The notes under the pieces were generated by a model that made no database searches, was not told where the DNA came from, and was given only the letters and a program-made list of their open reading frames with translations. Position numbers and translations under genes: made by a program. A stretch of 64,000 bases of DNA from Octopus sinensis (Eukaryota): NCBI RefSeq assembly GCF_006345805.1, contig NC_042999.1, forward strand, positions 61,194,001-61,258,000, in the 5' to 3' direction. Numbering within the stretch: position 1 is the stretch's first letter; every line of letters begins with the position of its first letter. Shown piece after piece: positions 13,201 to 25,942 of the stretch.

Positions 13201-14029
13201 TGTCCAGACACATAGATGCATATATACATAGATACATACATGCATGCACACATACATACATACATACATACAACATACATACATACATACATACATACAT
13301 ACATACATACATACAACATACACGTACTAAAATATGTACATATAGAGAGGTTGGTGATAAGCGAGTATATGAGATAAAAAAGAAAAAGTTAATGCCGAGG
13401 CAGCTAAACAAATATAATTCCAAGAAGTAGAAAGTAAATGCATTATTTTCCGTGCAAAACACACATGGGATTTGTAGCATAAGTTTTATAAGTAAATGCT
13501 ATTAGAATGATTGTATTTTATACCCGCTATTTTCTCGAATCTGCTCGAGTATTCGTTGTATGTAACCAAAAAAAAAAATGGAGGCAAAATTGTATGCTTT
13601 CCACGAATATTTACTGATCTTTATCTTTTAACGTATTTACATAAAACACACACATACATATGTGTGTATATGTGTGTGCGTGTGCGCTTGCGTATTTTGT
13701 GTATATGTATATATTCAACTAAATGTTAGAGGAAATATCATTAAATATATACTGCAGGAATGTTGACGCCATAAACTATACAACGTAGAACATTTTATAG
13801 ATTCTTCGATAATGGAAAAAAAATTATTTTTATACGTCGCCCACACCCGTGCGCACGTACCAATGTACAGATCTTACTTTTTACCAAAGCCTTTTATTGC
13901 ATGTATTATTATAATGTTATTAAAATTGTGGACCTACGTTGATTTCATATGACGAAAATATATTAGTATTTTCGATTGATGGTTACCCGAGTATTAATAT
14001 TTCAGTCAATTCAATGACCTTCATACATA

Positions 14030-14338
14030 CATATATATATTAGAGGGAAACCACTATGTGGAAACCCTTATGCTAGAAATAGATCCGCTATGGTTTTACC
14101 ACTAAGAAATGTTCTCAAGAAAAATTTAGCAAAACAACCAAAACGTAATATGTTAATAGTGAAACATGTATGCGAATAATCCATATTTTTATTTCTTTTT
14201 CTTTTGTCCTGCTCGATTACGTTTTGGCTGTTTTGCTAAATTTTTCTTGAGAATATTTCTTAGTGGTAAGGCCATAGGGGAACTATTTCTAGCATAAGGG
14301 TGTCAGCATAGTGGTTTCCCTCTAATATGTATATAATA
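14030..14338. repeat. Foldback element with about 115-bp inverted arms and a 65-bp spacer
   Basis: attagagggaaaccactatg...aaaacgtaat mirrored by attacgtttt...catagtggtttccctctaat. Confidence 0.85.
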
Positions 14339-14451
14339 CAATTTTACTGAACCTTCAGTTTTTTTTATATGCTAGACCACTGGTGTGAAATCGATGTTTA
14401 TTAAATTAATATCTAATTTCTCACCCTCATTTTAATTATGTATATATATAC

Positions 14452-14542
<91 letters not shown>

Positions 14543-15388
14543 CCTATACATGTTTATTATATATATAGATATATGCATGTGCACACACGTACGCATATGC
14601 ATATAAGCGTCTTGTATGTACATCTGTGGCTGTGTGTGGGGGGTGCGTGCGTATGTTTGTGTCCGCGTGTGCATGTGTGTGTATTCATACTCACACCCGG
14701 CACTATGCGTGGTGAAATTTGTGGGCGCATCATAGGAATTGTAGTAATTTTCCAGTTGTTGGTTGGTACATGTTATATGAATGACTATCAACCATTTTAA
14801 ATCTAAGGATACCATTTCACTTTGCTGGATTCCCATGTTTAAAAAATCAATTATATTTCTATAATTAAATACCATTAAGATTTATATAAAAATTATTAAG
14901 ATGATTTTAACAAGTGTAACTATTTTATTATTCATAAACTTTAACAAAATCTTATACGGACCCCCAGTTTCAAATGGTCTCAGCTTTTAACCTCTGTGTT
15001 AGCTGAATGCTTCAGTCATATTTTAGGTCTTACTCTGGAAGTTACCATTTGACGTTGTCCCTTGTATCGCGCGCGTTCTCAGCGTTCTCCTTTGTAGATT
15101 AACTCTTTCTTATTGTTTGGCATTCTTTCTTGTCTTACATTCAACAATTGCCTCCCCTGATATTGATATGTCCTGTTTACGTTAATTTTTTTATTATTCT
15201 TTTTGTGAGAACATCATCTCGTTTTGTCCTGTGAATCACCAAATTATTTCCCATTACATGAAAAACAATTAGTCCTCTTTATAAACATTTTCTTTGGGAT
15301 TATTGGATATTGTTAAGGGAAGTTTTGTTGAGTCTGCATCCTTACACAAACGACCAAATAAATTTGAGTGGCTTATAATGACTTATAT

Positions 15389-15696
15389 GGAGGCACATGA
15401 CCTAGTGGTTAGAGCAGCGGACTCGCGGTCGAGGGACCGCGGGTTCTAATCTCAGACCGGACAATGTGTGTGTTTATGAGCGAAACACCTAAGCTCCACG
15501 CCGCTCCAGCGGAAGGTAATGGCAAACTTCTGCTGACTCTCTCGCCACAAATTTCTCTTACTCTTTCCTCCTGCATCTTGCAGCTCACCTGCGACGGACC
15601 GGCGTCCCGTCCAGGTGGGGAACCTATACGCGAAGGGAACCGGGAAACCTGCACTTATGAGCTAGGCGTGGTTCGAGAAGGAACAAACAATAATAA
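15389..15696 (+). mobile_element. tRNA-headed SINE with a V-domain-like core
   Basis: Head ggaggcacatgacctagtggttagagcagcggactc; core cctgcgacggaccggcgtcccgtccagg resembles the V-SINE central domain. Confidence 0.7.
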
Positions 15697-16154
15697 CGTA
15701 TTCAATGACGCTTTAAAATAACTAAACGAAACGAAACATAATTTTACCCCAATGAATTTCAAGGGAGGAACACAACCCTACCCAAATCCAATTTTGCATT
15801 ATCATCATACATTTCCTGGAACAGTTTATCAGGGTAAATAAAAGATCGTTGGATGATAGCTAAAGGCTTAGCACGTGAAATTGACGACACTTGTCATTGT
15901 ACATAAAATGAAATATAACCCTAAACATGGTGCATTAAATTGTTCCGTTCTCATTGTCTTCAAATATGTTCATATATCAATCGGGTATCGGAGTTCATAC
16001 AGAATATTCCAGAAGCGCAGCGATTTTTTTTTATCCTCAATTAGATCAATTTTGATTTTTTTTCACCAATGACAAGGCAAAATATTCAATATATTTTTCT
16101 CTTTTATTGCTGTTAGTTTTAGTCATGCTGACGAACCGATTTCAGCAAATATAA

Positions 16155-16204
<50 letters not shown>

Positions 16205-18074
16205 CGTGCGTGTGTGTGTGTGTTTTACATTATAACAACAAAAGTGTGTTGTCGAAACAGTACGGAAACAAATTCAACAGAAAGAAGTAAGCTTCTGTCT
16301 AATTCGGTCCCTCATTCGCTTCTAAAGTATATTATTTGTAAATAGTTAAAATAACTTTGCGAAAGTTTTGTGCCGAAGAGAAAAAAAAACGAATAACGAA
16401 AACAAAGACACGAATAAAGAAAAAGGAACGAAGAATTTACATGTAAGAAACTGGTGATGATTGTATGTAACTTTATCGAAATCAATTCAGCGAATACCTT
16501 TCTACTGGAAGTTTACAGTGAATATTAAGATGCATATGTGTATTTGTGCGTAAATGTATTTATGTATGGAGCCATCTATGCATTTAGTAATGACGTTTAA
16601 GAATGCTACTAGAAAACTAGTTAGAAATAACGGAGTAAAAACCAATTCAAAATATTTTTTTCTTGAATTGTTAATTTGGGTAAGATGGTAGGGGAATGTG
16701 AACGGCCATGAAGAGGTACGTGACTAAAATGATATTGCAGCGCACCTAGAAGGCTACTGGGTCATGTTATGATGCCATTATTGTCACTTCCGATCCAGGT
16801 GGATTATTGTATGCACTGCAGACACCATCACCAATAACACTGGTCGTGTGGTGTAAGTATGTGATGAATGAAGAGAGAGAGAGAGAGAGAGAACGGGGAA
16901 GAGAGAAGGGATCTAGCAAGGGGGAAATTGCGAAATATCTAAATGAGCAAAAAATATACTTTAGCAACTTAATAATAAACTTTGTTGGTAAGTTACAGTG
17001 AACAACGAGGAAAAAAGTGAAATAGGAAACAAAAATGAAAAACGATATAGTAAAGCAAGATGGAACGGGTTCACTAAGTGACTGAAGTATGTATGTTGAA
17101 ATAAAAAGACGAAAAGGCGTGTATTAGACTGAAATGCAATTGTAAGGGCGGATTTACGTTTCCAAACTACATCATCATCTTATCGAGAAGCGGATGCTAT
17201 TTTCACAAAACTGCATAAAATAGTTTATGTTGAACTAAGAGAACTTGCCATAAAAAATAATAATAATAAAAATATGTCTTTTATTTCTATTCGTGGAATT
17301 TTGTTTCATTCTTTGTATATTTTATATCTTATTTTCTCGATCAATCTCTTTCTCGCTATCATCTTCGTTTCTTTTTAGATTTCTTGATATTTTTTTTTAT
17401 CCCTTCTCACAATACAAAGCAATATATTGATAAATATTTCTTGACTGCAACATTGGTACGTTAATATCGGAAATTAAAATGCTAAATCTGAAGACATTTT
17501 ACCAATTCATTTATGTAGTCGTTGTAAATGTCGATGTGCGGTCGTTAGTTTTCTCTGAACTCAACTGACTGTATTTTGATTGTTTAGTTGAAGCAGATTC
17601 TCTTTCTAATAAATACCACAATATCACAGTCTCTTGCCCTTAAGAATGACAATTACTAACTACGGGGTAAAGTAGTACAAACGCTAAGAAAACCAGTCTA
17701 GATATTTTTTTCCATTTGCAAGAAATGTAATGCAGGTTCTCTTATTTTCATATACAATTTCTCTATCATATCATTCCAACTTTTGTAGTTAAACATTTTT
17801 ATTGATTTCAGTGACTGGCCTGTGGCCATGGTGAGGCAGTTCATTAGAGGAGGCATAGTCGATCATTATGACTCAATTAAGTGACACATTTCCTGTTTAC
17901 TGCCTGAAACATAAATACGGATAGAGAGAGAAAGATTATAATCAAAACACACACATAGATGCATACACATATATTCACATACACATCCATATGTGTGTGT
18001 GTGTGTGTGTGTGCGTGTGTGTGTGTGTGTGTGTGTCTGTGTGTCTGTGTGTCTGTGTGAAAATGTTTGTATGG

Positions 18075-18500
18075 ACGCAGGCGTGCCTGTGTGGTAAGAA
18101 TGTTGCTTCCCGACCACATAGTTTTGGGTTCAATCCTACAACGCGGCGCACTGTCTTCTACTATAGCTACAGGGGCCGACGAAACCCTAGTCTGTGGATT
18201 TGGTAAACAGAAACTGAAAGAAGCCCGTCGTATATACATATGTGTATGTATATGAGTGTGTGTGTGTATGAGTATGCGTGTGTGTCATTTTGTCTTTCTC
18301 CCCCACAACTGCTTGACAACCGGTATTGGTGTGTTTATACCGAGCTCGCAACGCCAGACTTTGGAATGCATGTATTTCAGAGAATATATGTGTGTGTGTG
18401 TGTGTGTTTGTGGGTGTGTATGCTTGTGTGCCTTTGTTTGTCCCCCACTACTGCTTGACAACCGCAACCGGTGTTTGTGTGTTTATGTCAGAGGTTTGAC
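18075..18500 (+). mobile_element. SINE family S4 with local duplication of its tail
   Basis: Head gcaggcgtgcctgtgtggtaagaatg; ggaaactgaaagaagcccgtcgtatat-type junction to an internal microsatellite, as in other copies. Confidence 0.7.
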
Positions 18501-19609
18501 AAAAGGAGACGATAACATATGTACCGAGCTCGCAAAGCCAGACTTTGGAATGCTTGCATTTCATAGAATTTATGTAGTCTTCAGCCACAGAACCGGACAA
18601 GGCATCGCGGTGAATAGACGTGAGAGAAGTTATATCATGAGATAATAACTCTTATGATATTCCATCATCATTCTACGGCTGATAGCGCTATCGGCGGCCC
18701 CGAAATGCATGCGTACCACAGTCTGGTCTGGTGACGCTGCGGGCTGATTCTATGTAAAACTCCTATTTGTCAACAGCGAGAAGTTGTCTCTATGACAAAA
18801 TACAGTGAATGGCTTTATAACGGGTTCGAATCTGTCTCAAGTATATTTGAATTGGTAACAAGTTTGTATTTATATACACGACTGCTTAGCGCTGTCACTC
18901 TGTATTTCATTTACGATTTCTTTATTATCCATAAAGGACTATACATAGATAGGGACGATACAATCGGGGAACTTAATATAACAAAAGAGGATGAATAAAG
19001 ACGAAGAAATTTAAAAAATAATGAATCATGATAAGATATTATAATGTGGTATAATGCCCACTCGATCCCCGAAATCGGGTGGTTACATTTCGTCAGTCTT
19101 TTCCCATAATTGGTTTTCTCAAAAATTACCACTGAATTCACAGAATTTACAAAAATAATTTTCACAGAAATTTCATTTACATTGAGCCTCCGATTAGCGC
19201 TAAGTGACTTCACAGCGCCGATTGTCCATCTTTTGTGGCTGAAGAAGAGATAACTACTCCGAAATACACGTTCAGATCAAATGGCGCTGCACGCCGATTC
19301 AGAGTATTTACACATATATGTCAGCGAGAAATTCTCTCTATGTCTACACACATTGTTTAGCTGACTTAAGGGTTCAAATAGGCGAGACGTATGTTTTATT
19401 TGGGAGCAAGTTCGTGTTTTACACACATCACCGTTTAGCGATGTCAACATTTTTTTAAACCCGTAAGATAGCAAAAATGGGCAATGGGTTTATATGCATA
19501 TTTCTGGTGTTATTGAACCACATTCAATACTGCACCCAACCCTGAAACTCCTCATGATACTTTGCTTAAACAGCCATTAAATTCAGCGGTGTAACTCTAT
19601 TGCCGTTGT

Positions 19610-19860
19610 GGAGACGCGTGGTTTAGTTGTTAGGGTGTCAGCATCATGATCGTAAGATTGTGGTTTCGATTCCTGGACCGGACGACGCGTTGTGTTCTTG
19701 AGGAAAGCACTTCATTTCACATTGCTCCAGCCGACTCAGCTGGCAAAAATGAATAACGCTGCGATGGACTGGCGTCCCGTCCAGCTGGGGAACACATACG
19801 CCATAGAAACCGGGAAACCGGGCCCATGAGCCTGGCTAGGCTTTAAAAAGGCGCATTTAT
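19610..19860 (+). mobile_element. tRNA-headed SINE (CORE-like and V-like segments)
   Basis: B box ggtttcgattcc; tgtgttcttgaggaaagcacttc; gcgatggactggcgtcccgtccag. Confidence 0.75.
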
Positions 19861-20357
19861 TTTTTTATTTTTTAACCCTTTTGTACGTACTGAGTTAGAA
19901 ATTAAAAGTGACTATAAGGACTATGAAAGTTCTGTTTTATAGTATAATTTGACTGAATGTATTTGTTATTAAACATTTTTAGCACAGTGATAAATTAATG
20001 AGAAGAATAAGAATGAACTTTTATCGTTTGTTTTGCTGTATAAAGGTAATCAATTCTTTTCCCGTTCAACGATACGGATTAAAGTAAAATGTAAAGTGCC
20101 GTGCTATGAGCTCAAGCAATAAAGAACGTTTTTTTTTTCGAAGTCTACTACTTATGCACATATTATACTTGCATTATTTCTGAAAAAGAAAATACATTAA
20201 TTCCTGTAATCTTGTTTAGCGGTATAATGCATTTGTTTCTAAATATGAATGCAAGGATGTAATTCTATAAAACGGAAAAGCAGCTGCAAATTTAATTAGA
20301 ACCTAAATCTTAAGGAAATATATCTTCAACTTCAGCGACATTAGTGTTACATATATG

Positions 20358-20399
<42 letters not shown>

Positions 20400-20423
20400 C
20401 ACACATACACACATCTATATATA

Positions 20424-20480
<57 letters not shown>

Positions 20481-20599
20481 GATCATATTTTATATAATAT
20501 ATTATTAATATCAGGAAATCTACATTAGAAAATTCGCCAGAAAGATATATACGTGTGTAAAATAATTGTTGTATTATATATAAATATATGTAAATATGT

Positions 20600-21660
20600 A
20601 TAAGTATAAATATATAATAATGATATTATAAAACTTTCGAAGTTTTGAACGCATCTCAGGATCGTTTCGCAGAAGTGCTGTCCCTATAATTGATAATCAT
20701 TTATAGACAACTCTTCTGCTCTTCAGGGATATAAATGTGAAATTTGTATAGTATATCGAATGGTAGTTTTTATAAAAATAGGAAGTAATCTGGGAAAATG
20801 TTGTTTGAAATTTAAAATGAAATTAAAAATTATTGCTTTTGATTTTGGTAAGTACCCTTTAGTATGAGAGTCTTTAAATTCATATATGCTTCCTTGGTAA
20901 TTCTTCTGTAATGATCCTTAATAGTTATGTGTAAAATCCATTATATTGTCTTGTATTCCAAATATAGTTCATAGACTTAGATAATATAGAATAATGGACT
21001 CCTATATTGATAAGCCTTTATAAATAACTGTTCTGCTCTTCAGAAATATCAAATGTGAAATTTGCAAAATTCAACAAATGGTAGTTTTTAAAAAATTATG
21101 AAGTAATATGGAAAAATGTTGTTTGTTTGAAATATAAATTAAAAATTAAAAATTACTGCTTTTGATTTTGTTAAGTACACTTTAGTATGAGAGTCTTCAT
21201 ATATTCCTCCTTGGTAAGTCTTTTGTATTTGAGACCCTCTTTGCTCGCGACACAGACCATGGAATTGCACCTAGAAAGTTACCTTCCCAGAGACAAGTCC
21301 GGGCAAGTTTGTTTATGGAAGACCAGCAGTCACCCATGCATACTGGCCTCCCCTCTCCACGCCACCAGTGTTATCCAAGGGAAACGCAATGGGACTGATC
21401 AAGCCTGGCACCTGTGACGTCGCAACTCGTTTCTACAGCTGAGTGAACTGGAGCAACGTGAAATAGAGTGTCTTGTTCAAGAACACATAACGCAGCCCGG
21501 TCCGGGATTCGAACTCATAACATCACAATCGTAAGCTCGACGCTCTAACCACTGAGCCATGCGTCTTCTGTAGTAATCCATAATAATTATGTATACAATC
21601 CATTATATTGTCCTGTATTCCAAATATAGTCCATAGACTTAAATGATATAAAATAAAATT
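20600..21660 (-). mobile_element. Tandemly duplicated (about 320 bp) PLE-like terminal repeat with a long-stem-II hammerhead-like fold, interrupted by a SINE
   Basis: Units start at about 20683 and 21001; rc CUGAAGA-GCAGAAG...CUUCUGC-GAAAC at 20660-20726. Confidence 0.55.
21231..21566 (-). mobile_element. SINE family S2
   Basis: Reverse complement of the 29748 and 33961 copies. Confidence 0.85.
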
Positions 21661-22559
21661 ATATGTGAAATTTTATGGGGACACTATTGTTTTGCACCCA
21701 TAATAAACTAACATGTATATTCAAGGTTTGAACGTCAAAATGTTAACCTCTTTTTGTGTTAGCTGTGCGTTGATTCCACTTTCTAAAGAGTTTCTCTACA
21801 GATTTTCAAAAGAGTTTAAAGCCAGCAATGATAGCCACGAAGCTTTGTATACAAATCATCTATTTAAATATTGCGATCGAAGAGAGAAGAATGGGCAATG
21901 GGTATGCATATTTCTGGTGTTATTGAGCCTTCTTGAGTACCGTACCCAACCCCAAAACTCTCCACGATACATTACTTAAGTAACCCCAAAGTTCAGCGGT
22001 GTAACGTTGTTCGATAGATCAGTTTACATATTAAACAGACTCCTGGTAACTGGGACGTCTGTATTAATTGCTGGTAAGAAAACCATATTTCGTTTAATAA
22101 CCTTGAATAATAATACACTACCAAGGGCTTTAGAATTTTATGAGTTAATACTGTGTTCCACAGCAGTTAGTTATTTTCATTTTTTTTAAGTGTTCCCTAC
22201 AAATAGATTTTTTATCGAAGTTAGGGCCACCCCAGAAAGTTACATCATTTTGCATACGATTAAGTCTACACAAACAATATGATCAGAAATAGAAGACTAT
22301 ATAATATGTGCATATGCATATTTCAAGAATTTCTTTTCTTTCTTCAGCATCACATCAGCGTGACTCAATGTGACATCACTGGACATATGAATGACAAATA
22401 CAACTGCACTAATAAATTTTTAAACAGTTTCTTTTTACCAAATTAAGTTATATTTAATGGGTTGGCTAAAAGCCACAGAAAATAACAATTGTTCGAGATA
22501 CCCAGTATTAGTTTCGAAGCGCAAAACCACATATATACAATTCATATGTGTGAGCGTAA

Positions 22560-22777
22560 ACACACGCTCATGACCGCGTGTGTACCGTTGGCGATTTTTT
22601 TTCCTCCGTCTTCCCTTCCTTGGATCTTTCCTTTTCCTATGCTTCTGACGAAGATCTCCGCTCGAAACGTTAAATCCTCCTTATTTCTTTCCTTTCCTGA
22701 GCGTCCAATAACACTATACTTGTTCCACGTCCTCGCGTTGTTGTGTTTTCTCTTTGTGTTTTCATGTTTGGATTAAC

Positions 22778-22780
<3 letters not shown>
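22560..22780 (+). mobile_element. Solo PLE terminal repeat with degenerate hammerhead
   Basis: ctgacgaagatctccgctcgaaacgtta; homologous to 29455-29635 and to the 3' end of the 53.5-56.6 kb PLE. Confidence 0.7.
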
Positions 22781-22811
<31 letters not shown>

Positions 22812-22812
22812 C

Positions 22813-22868
<56 letters not shown>

Positions 22869-23320
22869 CTTATTATAAAAGGCAGATTTTATCTGCCTCC
22901 CTTTGTCACTTATAGAAATCTACAATATAGGATTTCTTCAATTACAATTTACCCAGCATTTTTAAGAGTAGAATGCATCGGGTCATGCCAGGTCCAGTTT
23001 TTAAAATTTAAACTCCAATTAAGGAACATTTACAGAAAACTCACATTCTGGTGTGTATGTCAAATCCTTTTCTTAGTCTGGTTTACAGCACACGCAAACG
23101 CACACACACAGTGTGCAACGAATAAAGTGAAACTAGATGTAATATTTGTTTCTGTCTATCACGCTGATAGATACATGAGTAAAATGTACGGCAAGCTAAG
23201 AGATAAGAATGAGTGAAAATGTTCTTGGAAGAGAGTAAATAGCGAGAGTGATTTGAGGAAGACTTTACATTAAATAACCGTAGTGGCTTGTATATATATA
23301 TATATATATACATACATAAG

Positions 23321-23580
23321 ACAGTAAGGTGTGATTTGAGGGAGATTTGGCTGCTATTTCTACCATGTCTAGCTGCCATGTAGGGGTCTCCCTCATAGGC
23401 TCATACATACATATATACATAGATAAGACAGTAAGGTGTGATTTGGGGGAAATTTGGCTGCTATTTCTACCAGGTCTAGCTACCATGTAGAGGTCCCCCT
23501 CATTGGCTCATATATATATACATACATAAAACAGTAAGGTGTGATTTGAGGGAGATTTGGCTGCTGTTTCTACCAGGTCT
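23321..23580 (+). repeat. About 105-bp tandem repeat x2.5 inside a Helitron-like composite
   Basis: acagtaaggtgtgatttgagggagatttggctgct at 23321, 23428 and 23531. Confidence 0.85.
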
Positions 23581-23914
23581 GTTAGGCCTTCTCATGTAAA
23601 CTCAAGCTTTCTCATGCCTTGAACATAAGACCAAAGCAGAGAATGTATTCTTTTATTCTTCTGCTTTTTCCAGCCATTGGTCTGTGGCCATGCTGGGGCA
23701 ATGCCTTGAATAATTGTAGTTTAATGAATCAACTCCAGTTTTATTTTTGTAAGCATTGTACTTATTCTATCTGTAAACAAACCAACATTCGTTGTCAAGC
23801 AGTGGTGGAGGACAATCACAAGCACAGACACGCACACACACACACATACATGCATACACATATACACACATACATACATACATACATATATATATATATG
23901 TGTGTATATATATA

Positions 23915-24172
23915 TTGCAGCGTGGAAGGTGTTTGTAAGCCATTTAAGAAACACACAAAAACCGTTAGATTCACTTCAACATTTAAATTTAATTTGCCAA
24001 AATATTTTCCTCGCTTTGAGACCGCGACCTGTTCACTGACAAAAATATCGTGCTAACAGGTCGCGGTCTCAAAGCGACGAAAATATTTTGACAAATTAAA
24101 TTAAATGTTGAAGTGAATCTAACGGTTTTTGTGTGTTTCTTAAATGGCTTATAAACACCTTCAACGCTGCAA
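23915..24172. repeat. Inverted repeat (about 118-bp arms, 21-bp spacer) containing a G3:C8 hammerhead fold
   Basis: Arms 23915-24033 and 24055-24172; minus 23993-24043 reads UUUGUCA-GUGAACA-G-GUCGC..GCGAG-GAAA-AUAU-UU-UGGCAAA. Confidence 0.85.
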
Positions 24173-24240
24173 CTGTTTTCGTTCCAGCACACGATCTCAG
24201 ATCAAGTCACTTGCTATGCAAGTACATCTCTGTAACTATA

Positions 24241-24290
<50 letters not shown>

Positions 24291-24353
24291 TGGTAAAAAC
24301 AGTAAGATAACAAAAGAAAGAAAGAGACCTCAATATTATGTAAATAGAGGAAA

Positions 24354-24747
24354 TCTTTATATATAAAAGTGAGGTTGTGTGTCTGTCTCCTACGATTTAG
24401 ATTCCTAACTACTCCACATTTTGCGGTGCAGTTTAACCAAAACCGGGTATCTTATAGTCGTGATTCATATCGAGACCGTCTGGGTATTAGCGCGCGTCTA
24501 CGATGAGTCTACGATTTAAAAAAAAATTACCATCAATTTTTCCCATTTTTAATCCATTTTTGACATATATAAGGGAAGTAACTCTCTAAAAATTTATTAT
24601 TAAATCTCAGAACGGAAAAAGCTACAGTAACACCCCTCCCCCTTTGTGGTTAGCCATATTGAGATGGCTATTATACTTTACATCTCTAAAAATGCTTATA
24701 TAATTATTTCCCTTACAAACCCGAGCAACGCCGGGCGATACTGCTAG
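24354..24747 (+). mobile_element. Non-autonomous Helitron-like element (394 bp)
   Basis: 5' TC (tctttatatataaaag), subterminal hairpin cccgagcaacgccggg, 3' CTAG, A|T insertion site; second copy at 39677. Confidence 0.8.
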
Positions 24748-25173
24748 TACATTATAAAAGTAATATTCATAGCCACTTCAACATGCCTATCCGTTCCAAA
24801 GGACTTTACTGCAATTTTTTAACCCCAAGGTGACATCTCCTCTAGCTGGTTAACGATGCACAGCTGCATCCGAGATATTGCGAACAGGGGAGAGAACCCC
24901 TACCACCTTCTAGAGACGGGATCTGCAGACCAGCCTGGTTGCGATTTATTTCTGCCATAGTGCAGTGCTGGACACATTGTTTGCTAGATATGGCATTCGC
25001 TGATTTTGCAGCAAGCAAAAATGCTAGTTCTATAATTTCTCGAAGAGATCAACGCAATAGTTGTAATAACAAGTAAGGTTCGTAGCCACTTCAACATGGC
25101 TGTTCGTTCGAACGGACCTTACTGCGCTTTTTAACCCTAAGCGGACACCTCCTTTAGCTAGTTAACGATGCAA

Positions 25174-25212
<39 letters not shown>

Positions 25213-25528
25213 CGTGTGTTTTTACGTATGTATAAATTTTTATATATATATGTAGACATACATACACAGACACGCACATACGTATGCACTCTGGGGAGAT
25301 GGTTTGTTCTATTTGAAAATTAGCTCACTCGTACATGAGAAACGACGAGCAAAAACGTGAAGGCTGATGCCAAAAAACTGAAATTATAAGACAAAGGTTG
25401 AATAAGAACGGGATAAAAAGAAAACAAACGAAAGCTTTACGTCTCCTTTGAATGCGGAAGTGCTAAATAAAGTAGTTGCAGAATAATTCAACAGTGAGGA
25501 GCATAGATTCTGCGAACCAGATGCTCAC

Positions 25529-25942
25529 TACGGAGATGGTGGTGTCCTAGATTTTGCCGAAAGAAATTTGTTTATATGCTTGCATTTGCTGGAAATTTCG
25601 GATCTAATATTAAGTAGCGTGATGGAAGTCTTGGATCTAAAAAGAATGTGCGCTCTCTTGACCACGCATAAGCCGAATGTCTTAGATCCATTTATATAAG
25701 GCGTATATTTCTCCACTATTGTATGTCGTGTGCAGTTCGTTATCAAATCCCATAGTAAGTTGGTGGATAACCAACTTACTAGATTTACTTTCGTAATTGC
25801 GCCGAAGGAAGTCTGCTGGTTTGCATAACGTCTTTTAAAATTGCCTTCGTATGGACCGTTGTAATGTTCGTTTTCAGTTCCATTATCATAAAGCGTTGCT
25901 GGGATTTCTGCCTCGTGGATGACAGTGTTTATCATACCCTCC
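25529..25942 (-). CDS. Candidate coding exon E (137 codons) with in-frame internal donors at 25780 and 25789; unknown, probably extracellular, protein
   Basis: Long ORF in unique sequence; acceptor tatacttgctag|; N-glycosylation sequons NGT, NCT, NGS; KRR site; the opposite in-register frame has stops. Confidence 0.55.
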
